Assembly (NCBI GenBank): GCA_000934665.2
Contig: KZ538561.1
Span: 1-61,874 of the forward strand
DNA: 61,874 nucleotides
Direction: 5' to 3'
From: Catajapyx aquilonaris
Taxonomy: Eukaryota
Below, in pieces: positions 24,201 through 39,200 of the stretch. A program made the position numbers and the translations under genes. Position 1 is the first letter of the stretch, and each line of letters starts with the position of its first letter. The notes beneath the pieces are model-generated. The model had not been told where the DNA came from. It saw nothing but the letters and a program-made list of their open reading frames with translations, and made no database searches.

Positions 24201-27200
24201 GAAGGGTTTTACTGGCAGGCAGCCCCAGACGAAATGGGCTCCATTGTGACCCTCCTCCCCGCCCATCAACCTCCTCCCTTGCTCTCTTCCTACCCCCCCT
24301 CTTTGTTTGCGCCGATCTGATAGCTTGGTGGAGATGAATAGGAGGCAAAGTGTTCCGCTGGGACCCGTGAGCGTCTGTGCGTTCATCTGCTGCCGGCACC
24401 ACCGTCTACCAGAGACGACCTCTCTCTCCCCCCATCACCCATCCCAATCCTCCCATCCACACAGGGAGGCTGGGTACAGCATGCAGACGAGCAGAAATCG
24501 ATCCCCCACCCACCACCCACCCTCCAAAAACCAGCCCAGCACACGTCCCTATATACCAGCAGTCTCATAAAAATTTCCGCGTTGCTTCGTTCCACCGCAC
24601 AGGGTGCGCCAACTCTCTGTGACGATGGCACTAATCGTCAATATTATTCTTGCAATGTAACTGCCACATTTCCATATTAGAAATTATGAGTGAAATTATT
24701 TACTCATGAGTTACGTCTACTCCTCATTAATTTTGTAACAAACTAATTCAATTCCTCTGGCTCATGTTGATTAATTTCCCGAGGTTTTTAATCAAAGGAA
24801 ATAATTCAATAGTTTTCAACACAGAGAGTGTAAATAATTTTCAGAGCATGCTACAAGACTGTAGAAATGCAAATAGAGGGAAACAGACACTTTCATTTTG
24901 ATATTTGACAACTGGAGCTATCGACGTGGGAAAACTGAGTTTCACTCGTTGCAAAATACCATTACATATTAGCTATAAACCCCGCACGTCAATCAATCAA
25001 TCAATCATATTTATTTCTCACTCTAGGAGACCGAGTGTTCCATAATATAGAGGGAGTTAATAACGACATATCAAAATAATATAAACACATTTAGGCAAAT
25101 AATGAATCACCAGGACAATCTAAAATGACTGGTTCATAATGATAAATTTCCGCCAACTGCAAATATGCAACCTCAGTTGCAGCCCATTGCACATCTGCCG
25201 CATCCCTGGATATCCAGATAAGAAAATGAATTACACCTTAGGCATTAGACTCTCTGGTTTGCAGCGTGTGAGAGAGGAGTTGTGGGAACATTTTCTTCTC
25301 TTTCCTTCCCCCCCCCCCNCCCCCCGAGCAACAAGCCGTATGTTTGCTCTGCCTCCGCCACAGGGGCCGTGTGAGACGACCGCCAGCCGAAAATCCCAAG
25401 AGCCGGCCCATAAAGTTAATGAACAGTAATTACGTCTACGCAAGCAGCGGAGGAGTGTCAAAACAAATGAAGAATTGAGGACGAACAAATAGGAAACCTG
25501 CTCCCCCCTCAACCTCCTCTCTTCCCACCAGATTACGCGAGTTTTTGTCCCCGGTAACACCCTCATTTGGTCTCATTAAGACCTCCCCCTACCTTCTCTC
25601 TTACGCCATGAATGTGAATGTAAATTAAGCCACCGAGTGAGTCCCAACCCTCATTTTGGGGAGGCCAGACGTACAACTTTCATAAGACTGCATCAGGCCC
25701 ACACGACATGTATATGCCCGAGGAAGAGGCGCCTCTACAACCCTTTTTCGGTCTAATCATCCATGGCAGTTAAATATTCGCCGAACTCTTCAATTGCAAC
25801 CGAGGGGCCATATTCCAGGAGAAACACTATGGTTTGGAAGTGAGTGAGTGGGTTGGTTACCAAGGGAAAAGTTAACTTCCACTTCCAGGCAGCAGCAAAG
25901 GCTCCCGGGCTGGGATTGGCTGGCGACTACCAGCAATTGGGACCCACTTTCTGGAGCCGCGAGACAGTGTTAGCCCAACTCGGGGGGAGAAACGACGACA
26001 CTGCATTTGACGACCTCTCCCCCAATTTCCACCTGACGTCTGAACACTGCGAGCTCCACACATTACTTGAAGAGGAAACGTTATTTCGGGAACCGGTACA
26101 AGTCAGCCCACACAGAGAGAGCTAGAGAGAAATCGATGCCGCAATCATAAAGCGCTTACAGAGTGAATCAATTAACTTCATGGTGGCTTGGGTTTCGAGT
26201 CCAGCACCAGAATAAATGTAACCATGGTCCATAATACGTGGCCCAATTTTGTTTGAAATGGGGGACGGGAGAGAGGTATATGTATATAGGGGAGGCGGAA
26301 ATACAGCCGAGCGGAGCAGGCCTGGTTGCCCAATTATGAAAATTGAATAGTGGCCTTGATCATATCAGGCCAGACTAGTGTACCGCCGCAATTACGAGCC
26401 CGGGAATCAGCCCAAGAAACGGACTCTGCAGGGGGGTACATACACCCGTTGCTTGAAAGCGAATCATAATTACTGGCAGACCGGAATAAATATTTGGTTA
26501 GAAAGAGCTTGGACCAATCTGATGGCCAACTGGTGGCCCCGAAGTGAGCGTTGATGCAGCTTACAGCCATTCAGGCCTTGACTAGGCCCCAGAATGAGCC
26601 AATCATGAACTGGTGACCCCGAAGTGAGCGTTGATGCAGCTTACAGCCATTCAGGCCTTGACTATGCCCCAGAATGAGCCAATCATGAACTGGTGACCCC
26701 GAAGTGAGCGTTATTGCTACAGATTATAACCATTCACGTCTTGACTAGGCCCCAGAATGAGCAAGTAATAGACTGATGGCGCTGAAGTGAGCGTACTTCA
26801 GCTTACAGCCATTCACGCTTTGACTAGGCCCCAGAATGAGCCAATCCTAAACTGATGGCCTCGAAGTGAGCGTTGCTACAGCTTACAGCCATTCACGTCC
26901 TGAACAGGCCCTAGAACGAGCAATCCTAAACTGATGGCCTCGAAGTGAGCGTACTACAATTTACAACCATTCACGCATTGAGTGTGCCCCAGAATGAGCC
27001 AATCTGCTGCAGATTACAGCCATTCACGTCCTGACTAGGCCCCAGAACGAGCCAATCCTAAACTGATGGCCTCGAAGCGAGCGTAGTACAGTTTACAACC
27101 ATTCACGCATTGAGTGTGCCCCAGAATGAGCCAATCATGCCCTGCTTGTGCCCCGGAATGGGCCCGACTTTGTCAAAGCTCCCCTTAAATTGACGTCGAC

Positions 27201-30200
27201 GACTTCTTTCATTGGGCTGCACTTTCAAGTAACCATGCCGCAAAAGATCGGGGCTTCTCAGCACAAAGGGACCTTAACTGGAGCGGCTCGAAATGCTCCC
27301 TTCTCCTCCCCCCCCCCAAAAAAGAGAGTTGGAATTCAACTGGTTGAATAAGATGGAAGGGGAAGCCTTGATGAGCGCTTCGAAAATGGGGGAAGGACCA
27401 ATTAGAGCAGGGTTGTTAATTGCGCACCCGGTCACGGTCGCGCGGGCGATATAAAACTACACCTTGGTTCAGCCCGGTTTTAAGTGACGTCGACTTTGTT
27501 TACCCAACGGTGAATGGTATCACGCGACCGTTCCTTTTTGTTCCCCACAGTACACAGGAAGGGCCTCTGAGCTGGTACGTTCTTACACCCGTTTCCGAGC
27601 TGTCAGGGGAATGAAAAATGCAGTTTTTCCCCCCGTCTCTTCTCTCTCACTCTCTCCAAGGATGAAAGGCTTTACGGTGTCTGATCAGCTTTTGTTTTGT
27701 CCCCCCCTAGCCGTAATAGCATAAACGGATGTCGAAAAGCAAGTAGCCAGAGGTGTTTCCCCGGCGGATGCCAACGTCCGACTACATGTTGATGACAAAT
27801 TGACTGCCTCTTTTCCACTGGATTTGGCTGCCAAAAAAGTGACCCCCTCCAATCAATAGGTCCACTTCATGCACTTGAGGCCATCCGGAGAAATGGTTCC
27901 GATGTCACGCGTCAATCACACTCGGGACTAACGGACGAGAACGAACTGGAACGTGCAGGATCGTTCCAGTCGCGACCTATACATGCGCCGGTTGTTTGCT
28001 TTATTGAATATTTTGTCAGTACCCAAGTAATCATATGGTACCCGAAGAAAATAATTATGATATCATTAGTTACATTGAAATGCGTATAATGTTTTGGAAA
28101 ATATAGTACTGTAAGTTTAAGTACTGAGTAAAAAGGGTGGAAATGAACTGTGTCATGTACAAGCTTTGATGGATTAAATGTTCTGCTGCCATGCGCCGCC
28201 TCTTTGCTTTACTTGGCTTTGATGCTTGGAATTAATTCCTTAATACAAAGGCTACAACGCGTGGGATGTGTACTGGATCGCACTCAGGAAGGCGTGCAAT
28301 GCAACATGTTTTATCCCTCTCATCTGATAAGTACCTTAATGAAAACGTAATTAGCCTAAAACCTGTCTTGTAAGTCGCCTGGGAGCATAATTCATATTCC
28401 GGCTCTTGAATCAGGAGATAAGTAGACATTACCTTGGAACTGCTTCAGCAAGATGCTTCCTTTCCGTCCGTTTTCGTGGAAGCGAACAGGACCCTACAAG
28501 AAAATAGTAAAAAAAATATTTTTTGCAAAGTTCCCGAGTGAAGCCAGTGGTGTACTCACGGTAACTCCTTCGAATGAGGTTCCTCTGAGGGCCTCGATGA
28601 ATAGCGTCTCCCATTTTGGGTCTCGGTACCGGAACTGCGGCACCGAGTAGTTCTGGTACTCCGGACTGTGCCTGATCTCGTGTGCCACTGCCTGCACAGC
28701 CAACGCCATGGCCCAGATGCCGTCGTACGCGTACCCATGGAACCGGGAGTACTCAAACTTGCGCTCAGTGTCGTAATCCCTCTTGTACTCAGACGCAGTC
28801 TGGAAAAAGAACGAGACATGTCAGAAACCATGATGGGACACCGACAACAACAAAAAAAGTCCTGAAAACAAAACCGGGCTATCAAGCCATCGTTTCGAGT
28901 CAATTGTTACAAATAGGGAAAGAAACTGTCGCGAGAGTTTCGAGTTTGTTTGGGTGACCCAAACAGGATAAATCACATTGCATGGCTCCGATAAGGCCTC
29001 TCAAATAACCCTGTTCCCTCCACCGTCAGACACGAGCCGGAAAGAAGTCTCCGGGAATGATGACCGGCTCCCAAAAAGTTGCTCCAGATATACGTTCCCT
29101 TCCTGCGTTATCCCACATATATATCTCTGGAGAGGAGGGGGGGAAAGAGACGGAAAAGTGTCTCCACGTGCTGGGAAGGACCTCTGGTTATTCCCCGCAA
29201 GCCATCCAGATGGGCCATAGAAGGCCTCTCCATCGATACTTGTGGAGATACCACATTGCCCAGCCAGCCTCCCTTTTCTATATAAAAAAAGGAGCCACAC
29301 TGGTTCGACCAATCTCCACAGGCACCCCATAGACAATTGCGGGTTTATGTGTGGAACCTTGAATTTGCGATTTTGGGACCCCACAACCGACAGTCGTAGC
29401 GGGCCCTTCAAGCCAAGCCAGTACAAAATGAGGATAAGGACAGGAGGATGGGACATCACTGAAGAGTGGGTCTTATCTTGCACAAGTTTTTCTTGTGTCC
29501 GACGAGAAGTAGCGGCTTTATCTATGCCTATTTTGTATATACTATGCCCTAAAATGACCAACATAAACTGGTTATCGGACCCCTTCAATATGTCATATCA
29601 GACAGTTAATTTGGACCTTATGTTGTTTTAACTTACATAACAAGGAAACACAATAAATTTGAAAATTACTACCATGGTCGGTGGCCATTGGTTTTAATAA
29701 AATATTTACCAGAACATGTATGAAAAACGTGCAGAATCTGCATTTGTGCATAGCAAAAGTACAATTTATATACAATACCTGCAAATAAAAATAAAAGGCA
29801 TTCCCAGCTTTTAAACAAGAAAAAAAGGAAACAATGTGAAAGGCGCTTTTATTGACTGCACTCGACCGTACAGTACCTCATCTGCATTATTATCCTGCAG
29901 TTGCTACTAGGGCAAATGGTATAAAAACGAATGCAACCTGAATGCATTTTCTGGATAGGCAGCAGGCGACACGTTTGTCTATGGGAAAGACTATCCCAAA
30001 ATCGATAATAATTACGTCGATGAAGTACAAATATTCCTGGAGCGAAAGTAATCCCCGAAGTGTTCCCAAAGCGCGCAACATCGGCCATCACAGGAGTCCG
30101 ATAACCAAGTTTGAGATGTAAAAGTTATCCCCCCAGCAGCAGCACTCCCCCCCATCCAACTCGCCGAGAGTGAATATCGGATGGATGGTGCTGCAAGGGT

Positions 30201-33200
30201 CGGGGACTATATTTGCACTGGGGTCCATATCGATTGTCAATAAGTCCAGGCCACCCGATGGCTCTTCAATGAAAATGTGACACTCATTATGCTCCAGGGT
30301 GGAAAGAACTCTCCCCCCATCACAAAAAAAGAGGGTTCCTTTGTTCCCATCGTCATTCGGGCATACACATGTGTGTAGCGAACCAGCCGTACAGTCAGAT
30401 CCGGCTAAAATGCAACCCTGCGGTTTCTTCCAGATCAATTATTGCAAGCCCTGCTTCCAACTGCAGCAAGAGAACAAAACGTGAAAGGTGCCTGGAGGGG
30501 GGTAGAGAGAGAGTACCGAATTTTCAAAATCGATTTCTCTTTCCCTCTCCCAATTTTTTTTTAACTTTGCAGGGCTGCCGGAACATGTGTGCATATATGG
30601 TGAGTACGTGCAGTCTAGCATGCAATACTGGGTCGAATAAGAATAGTATTAAGAGTCGAGGATGTAGGCTGCCGGCATTAAATCCAATGGCACTTTTTTG
30701 TGGACTAGGCATATAGGCGGAGAAAGATTACTGCAAAAATCCTTCTGATCTAAAAAAAATCATTCCATCCCACCTATAAGGAGCTAATATTTCTGACAAC
30801 CCTTAAAAGTGACTTCTCATTTCTTACTTGACATGTAACAGGAAAAAGGCTCACATCTAGTTGAATCGATGACAGGTAAGTCTTTCCGAGCCAGCCAACC
30901 AGTAAAAGCAAAGGGAAGAAGACCATAATTTGGCTATTTCTGAGATGCTTCATGTTTCATACATGAGGAGGTTTCCAGGCGAATAAAACTATCATAATAA
31001 TTCATAATGGATGTGCAACCTCCTCTTGGTAAATACATGCAAGGACGTTTATCCGGCGGACTAAGTAAGGGAAAACGCTCCTCCTTCCACCCCCTTTATT
31101 TTTGCCAAAAAAAAGGTTTTCTCCCAGGCAATCAGGCCACATCGGTGAAGACGAACAGTGGGGTTGGGGTGCGGTGGAGGTGACGCCGGAAAATTGCCTT
31201 GTCATCTCCCAAGAAACTACTCTTCATTACTCCGGGATTACTCCTCTTCCTCCTCCTACACTTACAACTAGTTTTCTCTCCTCTTCTGCTAAACCAGAGG
31301 TAGAGCGAGAGAGAGAGAGAAAAAAAGAAATGTCAGAAAAAGCGGAGAAAGAGAGAGAGAAACTAAACCTCGAGGCAAAAGATGGCCGGATAACGCGGCG
31401 TAATTGGAACAAGTCAAGTCTGACGAACAGCACGTAACATTTAGTGTGGAGTTGCTGAGAGAAAGAGACAGAGCGAAAAGAAGGGGGAAAAATACAGGGG
31501 GAAAAATACAGGGAGAAAACATATACAGGATGGTAAAGCGACCAAGTCTACACTTCAGAAAAGAGTTATCGAGGAGATGGAAGTGTCACAGGCTGTATCC
31601 GCGACATAGAGGACATTGAATGATCTGGTTGCTACAATATAAATTCATCAATTTTCCAACTTACACCTTCCTATTTAAATCGGGACTCGAGCACTAAACC
31701 ATCCTGTACACACTCACTTGCCAATAACAGGCGAAGAATCAGCTTCCTTTCCTAGTAGTTACTTTGGTACCTCCAGGCCAAAACCGGCTTAAAAATTGGT
31801 GCAGAAAAATATAAGGCACAGAATGTTTACTGGTGGAAGAACGTGCCTGGAGGGATGCAGGGAAAGGAGAAAATAATTTGTACAAGAAAACAAAACAAGA
31901 GGCTTTTTAAAGTGCCACCGGGAAGAAAAGTGGGCGAGTTAGAAAAAAAAGGGACATCTTGCATTATTCAGCCTTTGAACGTAACATGGATTAAGGCAAA
32001 ACGCACTTTGCATATACATGATTTATTCACAGAATGTTGCATATAGTATAGTTCAAGAGTATAGCAACAAGTTTAAAACATTTTGCAAAAAAAAAAATGT
32101 TGGACCTAGCAACTACATTTGACCTTCACCCTATATATATACTGGTGTTTCCCTCTGCATTGCACTGGTATACAAATGATAAGCACGGTGCTGAAGAGGT
32201 GGCCATTGTCATCACGGCCCCCAATACGAGGTTTGATCTCTCAATATCCGGCGCAGATATCGGCCCTCTGAGCACAGATTTTCTGGGAGAGATATATACA
32301 GGGTGCTTTGTAACCAAACACAAACTCTTCCTCCCAACCTCCTCTCGGATGGAAAGTAAGGCATTAAAATGCATTCGCCGGGGCTTGTGAACACTGAGAA
32401 AACACTGAGAGTAGGTAGTCGCATTTTACACGTATAGCCCAAAGCTTTCATCTCCTATCACCCCATCAATTCCATGGCAAAATGGCCTTCACATCTCTCT
32501 GTCCTTCCTTTTATTGCTCCCTTCCTCTTTTCTCTCTACAACTGGGGCTACGTACTAAGGAGGTTGAGCTTGAAATGGTCCTACGTGACCGTCTTGGGCC
32601 CGGAGAAACTTGAAATATTCAATGTCCTCCGACTCAAAAGCCAGAGAGCAGTTATGCACTATTCACTGTGTATGAAGCCCAATTACAAAGTTTGACTTGC
32701 CAGAACTTTCCCATGCGCCGCCATGCACTATTCAGCAGCCAGTCTTCGTCCGGCGCATTGTCGGGGAGATGTATGAATATATTCATCGCCTACCCTTTTA
32801 TGATTTTATCTCCGAAATAAAAAAGTACACCCTGAAAAAGTTTTTTGCACACATATAAAAATGCTAACTGAACAAAGCAGATGGAATTTTACAAACACGC
32901 CCTGACGTTATTGAGAGCTTTCGTCACTGTTTATTCCCAAAGGACAATTTCAGCTTTTCTAAAGTAAAACTAGGAGAAGACTGAGCGGTCACGTGGGTTT
33001 TCAATATTGTACAGTTGCCAGATGGATTTTTTTTCAACGGAGGTATTTGCGTCTGGCGAAGTCTATTGCAAAGTAGACGTTCCAGAAGCAAATGTAAAAA
33101 AAATTCCACCTGACAACTGTACATTTGCTACAGGGAAAACAAGTGGGGTAGTAGCTGGTATAGGGTGGGGGCTGAAAATGAGAGAGAAAAAACTACGTGA

Positions 33201-36200
33201 CCTCACAGCCTTGTCCTGGGTCTACCGTAGCAACTAGTGTACATTCNGGGGGGGATCCCTTCGTTTGCGAAAATGAATCGCGTAAAGAGAGAGGTCCTCG
33301 TCAGCCAGGCCAAGCCAGAGAGAGAGTGTCGGGGCGTAAGATTGGAGCCGAGAATGAGGCAGAAGCTGCGGGAATTTGCAAAAGCGGAAGAGGGGGGCCA
33401 AAACCTTCAATTTTGCCTTCTGCCAACTATCGTCGCTCCGGATTGGCTTCGGGAATCTCTCAGAGTGGAAACCTGGCTCTCAGTTCAGATGGGGGGGAGG
33501 TCTAATTAAGGGACGGGGGGAGGGGCAGGATGTGTGAGCGAATCCCACAGACACTTCAATTAATGATTTAATGCCTTCTGAAGCACTGCAAAACCTCCGC
33601 AGGGACTCCTTTTCACTGGACCTCTCTGCAGGGACAGGGTGGTCCAAATCCTCACTCCAGGAACTGTCCCAGGAAGGAGAGACATGTTAAAGGAAAGTGT
33701 CCTCCTTCTCTTGTGCTGTGGACCACCCTGTAGGCCTTTTCCCCTACCCCGGAACCATGTTTGCTTCCCAATTCCGTCTCCCTAGTCGTATTTGTTCGTT
33801 ATGAAAAAGGCACGCGCGGCTTGCATCAGAACCAGGAAACCTGGGGACGAGCAAACTCATCTTGCTTTTCAGAGGCTGCTTTATTTGCCTCTTTTCCTAC
33901 CACTAAATATTTCCTTTACTCTTTTTAAAAAAATCTGCTAAAATATCAAACCCAGTTATCATGCGGAGGAAAATGTTAATCTGTGATTCAGAACGTTAAT
34001 ATCGCCAGAACACGTGTTATTTTTTTTAACCGGCACATACTGTTACATCATGTGAATAACCCTATAGGGACTCGAACAGCATTAAAAAGTTGAAGGTGTG
34101 GTAGTGTATTAATGTGACGGGGAATGAGGAAGCAAAACGCTGTGCTGCCTGGTCGAGTCCCTTTCTGCCTGTACACACAGTTATGCGACAATACAATTAC
34201 CCGAGACAAACTAATTACTGGCCACGGCAGCGTAAAATCGATTTACTTTGGCCGTGATTCGGCAGAATGGATGCTTTCGGTTTAATTTTACAGGCGAGCA
34301 GGTGCGGAACAGTCGCCAACCCGCTGAAAGGGAATAGTTAGTTGCAGACATCCGACCCAGAGATGGCGACTCATTCCACCTGACATCTACCGGACGTTAA
34401 GCCAACTAACGCGATTTTTCTAGGCCTGCGGTCAGAGACACACTTGCTTCTCTCTCGTTTTCCTAGAGTTAAAAAAGTATTGTTCTTCCCAGAGTGCTTT
34501 TTAGGAACACCCTGTAGCAACGTCGTGGTTTCCAGGAAGTGAAAGGACACGCCCTCTCAATCCCGCAAGAGTGCAAGGCCCCATTAGACAAAGTCAATGA
34601 TCCCTTGCAAGGGTTGCAGACAACTACTTCCCGGGGAAGCTATTATTTCCTAGAGAGGCAGGCAATTATTCAGCGTCCCTACAACAATAGGAAACTGCGC
34701 AACAATGGCCTGGATCTTGCTAAATGGCCTCAAATTAGCGGCTCAAGCCTCGCCATTTTTTTCTACCATCTTTAATGGTCGAATGTTGGATCAAAATTTG
34801 CTGCAATTTTGCACACAAAAAATTATTAATTCAGTAATGCTGCTGTTGGCATGTTTATGTGTAACATCCTCGGATCTTCCAACGACAAAGTTGCATCACC
34901 ATCTTTGTTCATATGTATACCAGACCGCCACTGGAAACCTTTGCGCAGTTTAGAGCCGCTCGCTCGGGCGGTAGGCACATTTTCTATTGGAATAAGTGAG
35001 TACCTAAGAGTAGTTTAAGTGCGCATAAATAGCAGGGAGATGGGTCATGTTATAATCCCATAAAATGCGCCGCGAAGGAAGAGGATTAGGTGATAATGCG
35101 CTGCCACAGCCTCAAGCAAAGCACCAGAGTGAAGAACGGCTCTTCTTGCAAGGAACCCAAGATGGCTTACTGGTCAATATAAAGGAGAAATACGGGATGC
35201 TCTTTACTTCACCACGCAAACAGGAAGCTTCATGTTACTCTATATATCAATATCTCCGCAATATTGAGGTAATTGGGAGGTGAGGTCAATGTAACACGAC
35301 AGAGTTCAGCAAGGTGGTAAACACCCGATCAAACAAAGCCAAAATTGCGAATTTTGATCCGGGCAAAAAAGGGTAACCCGATACACAGGACGATGCTGTT
35401 TTCTCCCGGAAGAACAACAGGCTTGAGCGATGGCCCGTAATGTATACCGGAGACAAAAAGGGGAAAGCCGCGCACCTTTATTCCCTGGGATGATTACCGA
35501 AAATGACAACAACACCAGCAAGGTTCTGTGTGTGTGTGTTGGAGGGGGAAAAACACTGGTTGGGATGAACCCAATCAGGTGCAGACTAAGCCAGTTGCCA
35601 ATGTGACGCACTGTGAAAATAACGACGAAGGGGCAGGTGGTGTCACAGACGTCAAGCTGTCATTTCCCTCTCGAATTACAGTAATGGAATCGGTTGGGAC
35701 GCACTACCTGATTGTCAACATGCTCTGCAGTGTCAATCTCACCCCAGACGAATCTGCGATGAGAATTTTTTGGGGGAGGGCTATACACAAACATGTCAAT
35801 TTGCTTTAGGAACTTGCAGATTGACATAGGTGACGGGTTGGATGCCTGGAATAATTACAACATGTACGCATGTCAATCACGCTCCTGTGCAAGGTCAAAC
35901 AAAAATACAGGACCATCTCACTTGGGCGGTGATCATCTCTGGAAAATAGCAAGCTGGAGAGTGAATCGGGAGGCTTCAGAGCGAGCGGTCCTTCCAAAAA
36001 TAGCCTGGTCTCCGGAAAAGCTCAGCTGTAAACCGTCCAATCCGGGCCAAGTTGGCTGTCCACCCTTAATCGTGACTGAGTGCTCGCTTCCTGGTACGCA
36101 GTGTCTTATAGATCATAACCACCTCTCATTGGGATTTCTCTCTCACCGCCCCAAGACCTCTCTTTTCTCCTCTCTCTTTGTTCCCAAGCCCAGGAAGAGG

Positions 36201-39200
36201 ACCTCTCAACAATGATTAATAACCTGGCTGCCATCTTCACTACAAGATCCGCATTAATATTTCTGGGGGAAAAAAATCCGGGGCACTGACTCTGGAAAGA
36301 TATCCTGAAATGCAGGCTTCCGACAGCACAAGAAAGGCACATTGGTTGCATTGCTCAGTCAGGATATAAACCCTTTGTTGGACACACATGGCATTTCAGA
36401 CCAAAAATAAATTCTTCGGATGATTGTCCGACTTGATAGTATCGCTATCTCCCGTACAGTGCTGGACACTGTACGACCTGAAGGTGGCAGTACCACCCTG
36501 AGGGAATGTGCGCCATCTATGCTCGAAGAATAGTACTACGCGGTCAATCGGCGGGCCATCTCATTAACATTATTTAATTGTCACTGTCATACTGATTACA
36601 AATTTTGGCAACTGGTTCACTAGTACTTAATAAGCGGAAGATGTGGCCTAGATATCAGATATCTCTGTGGGCACATCCAGATTGTTCCTAGCCGCAAGGA
36701 TTCAGTTTCCGGAACTTCATGTTGGTGACAATCGTGGGTTACAATTTTGGCAATTAAAACTTTTCGCACGTGAGGGTGACAGCAAGTGAGCAACTCAGAG
36801 CCCGCTTTTCCGCCGAAAAGTTTCCTCTTCCTCGGCCGCAATAAGTTCGGGGCAGATGTTACCTCATCAAAAAGTAGGTCCGGATCGAACATCATTTTCT
36901 ACTCGGATAACCCGCACTAAGCCGGTGTCACGAACAGACACTAAATTGCATTAAATCAGTGAAGGGGGTTTCCCCCAGACCCAGGATTATCCGCCCGGAA
37001 AGAGAGAAGGAAATCCCTCAAGGGAAGGATCAGGGCAAGGAATAGAAGAAACGGGAATAATGGAATGCAACCGGGATAAAAAATATATACTGGAGGTAAG
37101 GTTGCCCAATTTGCATAATCAGTCACTAAAATTAGGTTCATGTACGGGGTATAAAGCAGTAAGCTCTGTCATTTGCAGCATGTTAAAAAAACAGCCAACT
37201 CATGTTTATTGGATTTTTCCTTTCTCCTGTCGAAACATCCAAGTACAAAAGAAACGATTATTAATCATTCACACAGCAAATTCCTGCCAAAAATAAAATC
37301 GATTCCGACTCGATATATACCCCAAGAGGTATTTGGCGCCGACAATCATCGCTACTTTTATCAGGCTCAAAAGAATGCTTAATCGCACCATGTATGAAAG
37401 GATACAGAATCAAACATAGCGCCGATTGTGTGCTTGAAGGCAGCTAAGGCGCATTTGCATCAAATCTGCAGATTATTAGCCCTTTGAAAAAAAAAATGCG
37501 AAACGGATTTTCTGGCCTGGGGTTGTTTACACAATCAACGATCGCCGCTTTTATCCAACCTTGTGTAGAATGCAGGGTAGTGCATATTTTTTAAAACTTT
37601 TTTGCACAATGTTTGTGAAAAAATGTAGGGACAGAATGTATAGTACTATTCTTACATAGTAGGAAAATGTAGGACAAAATCTCCGTCGGTATATAAAATC
37701 GCGCAGTTTCATGTGCAGACCATGCAGAGTCACACGCCTTGGGAATGAGCAAGTCCATCTTAAGGTTGACGCGAAAGCCAGACGCGTTCATTCCCGCTTG
37801 GAGTTTGAGTCAGGTTGAATGGAGAAAAAGTGTGTTCACTTCCGGGGCCGTAAATCCAGCCGGTTGCAAAGCAGCAGCAGACTTGGGAGAGCTGAGGCCC
37901 ATACATCAACCAGGGTTGCACTGGTTCAATATGGCGAAAAACCCTGCCTCCCTGACATAAAAACCTTGGGAGAGGAAAAAAAAATAAGAAAGAAGAGCTA
38001 TACACAGTTTCATGGACATCAAACCTTGCCTGACACTTGGTCCGATCAGATGAATTGTTGCGGTCTTATCTGGAGTCTCCCGGATTGTGTACAATGCTGC
38101 TTTATCAGGACACTTTAAGCCAATCAAAAGCCGACTTCCTCCCGAGACGCCCGAGCCGATTCGACGCCATTTGCCATCGCTAATACCCTAAACCGTGATA
38201 TCTACCTTTCCCCCCCTGCAGCCCAAGTGGATCTGTAATGATGATAATTAACCCAAGGAGCTAGGAGCGTACTGGATCGGAAATGTTTTGAAGCAGTCGC
38301 AACAGTTATGACTGTTTGCACTGCACTTTGCTGCTCCACGACTGAAGTTGACTCGTGTAGATACCTAGGAATGATGCATTTCTGAGAGAGAAAGCCCAGC
38401 TGAAGCGCAGGCGAGATAGTAATCGCCTCTGGCTCTAAGTAGGGGTGGAGATAGGCCCAGAAGGGGTAACGAGTGGCCCGGAAGAAAAATGTTCCTTGCT
38501 GACTGTGCCGGTAGAGATTATTCTGTAATTCTGTCTAGACTCGGGCTTTCTGCTCTCTTGATTTACTCCTGGTTTGGGCTCATCCGGTTCCTTGGGAGGT
38601 CATTCGTTTCCAAGCCGCTTTCTCCTATACACGCCAACAAAAAAAGGGGGGATGCTGGTTTCAAGCACTCAAGGTCGGACTTGAAACCGCACAAAAAAGT
38701 CGTTTCCCACTTAAGCAGTGCAAAGCAGAATTTCCATTTTTAGCGAGCCTTCGCGTTTTCAAATTAAATGTTGCATAAATACCACCCACGTGCTTTTGTG
38801 CCGCTTAACTATTTCAACCAAATCCTGTGCAATAAAGCTAGCAATGAAGAAACATATGTCCCAGCACTAAAAGTCAAAAGACCACAACCCCTTTCAGCTT
38901 GATTTCTCTCCCCAACCCCAACCCCCCCAAACCCCAATCGATCCAATTGTTTTCCTCCCTGTCGCAGAGTTTGACATGTAATAATACCATTTATATCTGG
39001 AGTCTACCGCAAATAAAAAATAAAATTCCTATCCCGCCTCAACCTACAAAATACGCGACTCGAAACCTGATCTGGAGGATAAAAATATAGGCAGGGAGTA
39101 AAAAGTGGAGGTGGTTATAAATCCTCCAGATCTCGAGTAAATGCACGGTTGGATAGTGGAAGTGGGCAAGTTGGCCTCAAAAATAAAGAAAGAACAAGAT

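Noticed and set aside
26170..26210. tRNA/SINE-like B-box (GGTTTCGAGTCC...ACCA)
   Set aside because: No A-box or cloverleaf could be built upstream.
26528..27139. CRISPR-like array
   Set aside because: The whole 80-bp unit is repeated with no unique spacers, the context is a eukaryotic intron, and there are no cas genes. It is a minisatellite.
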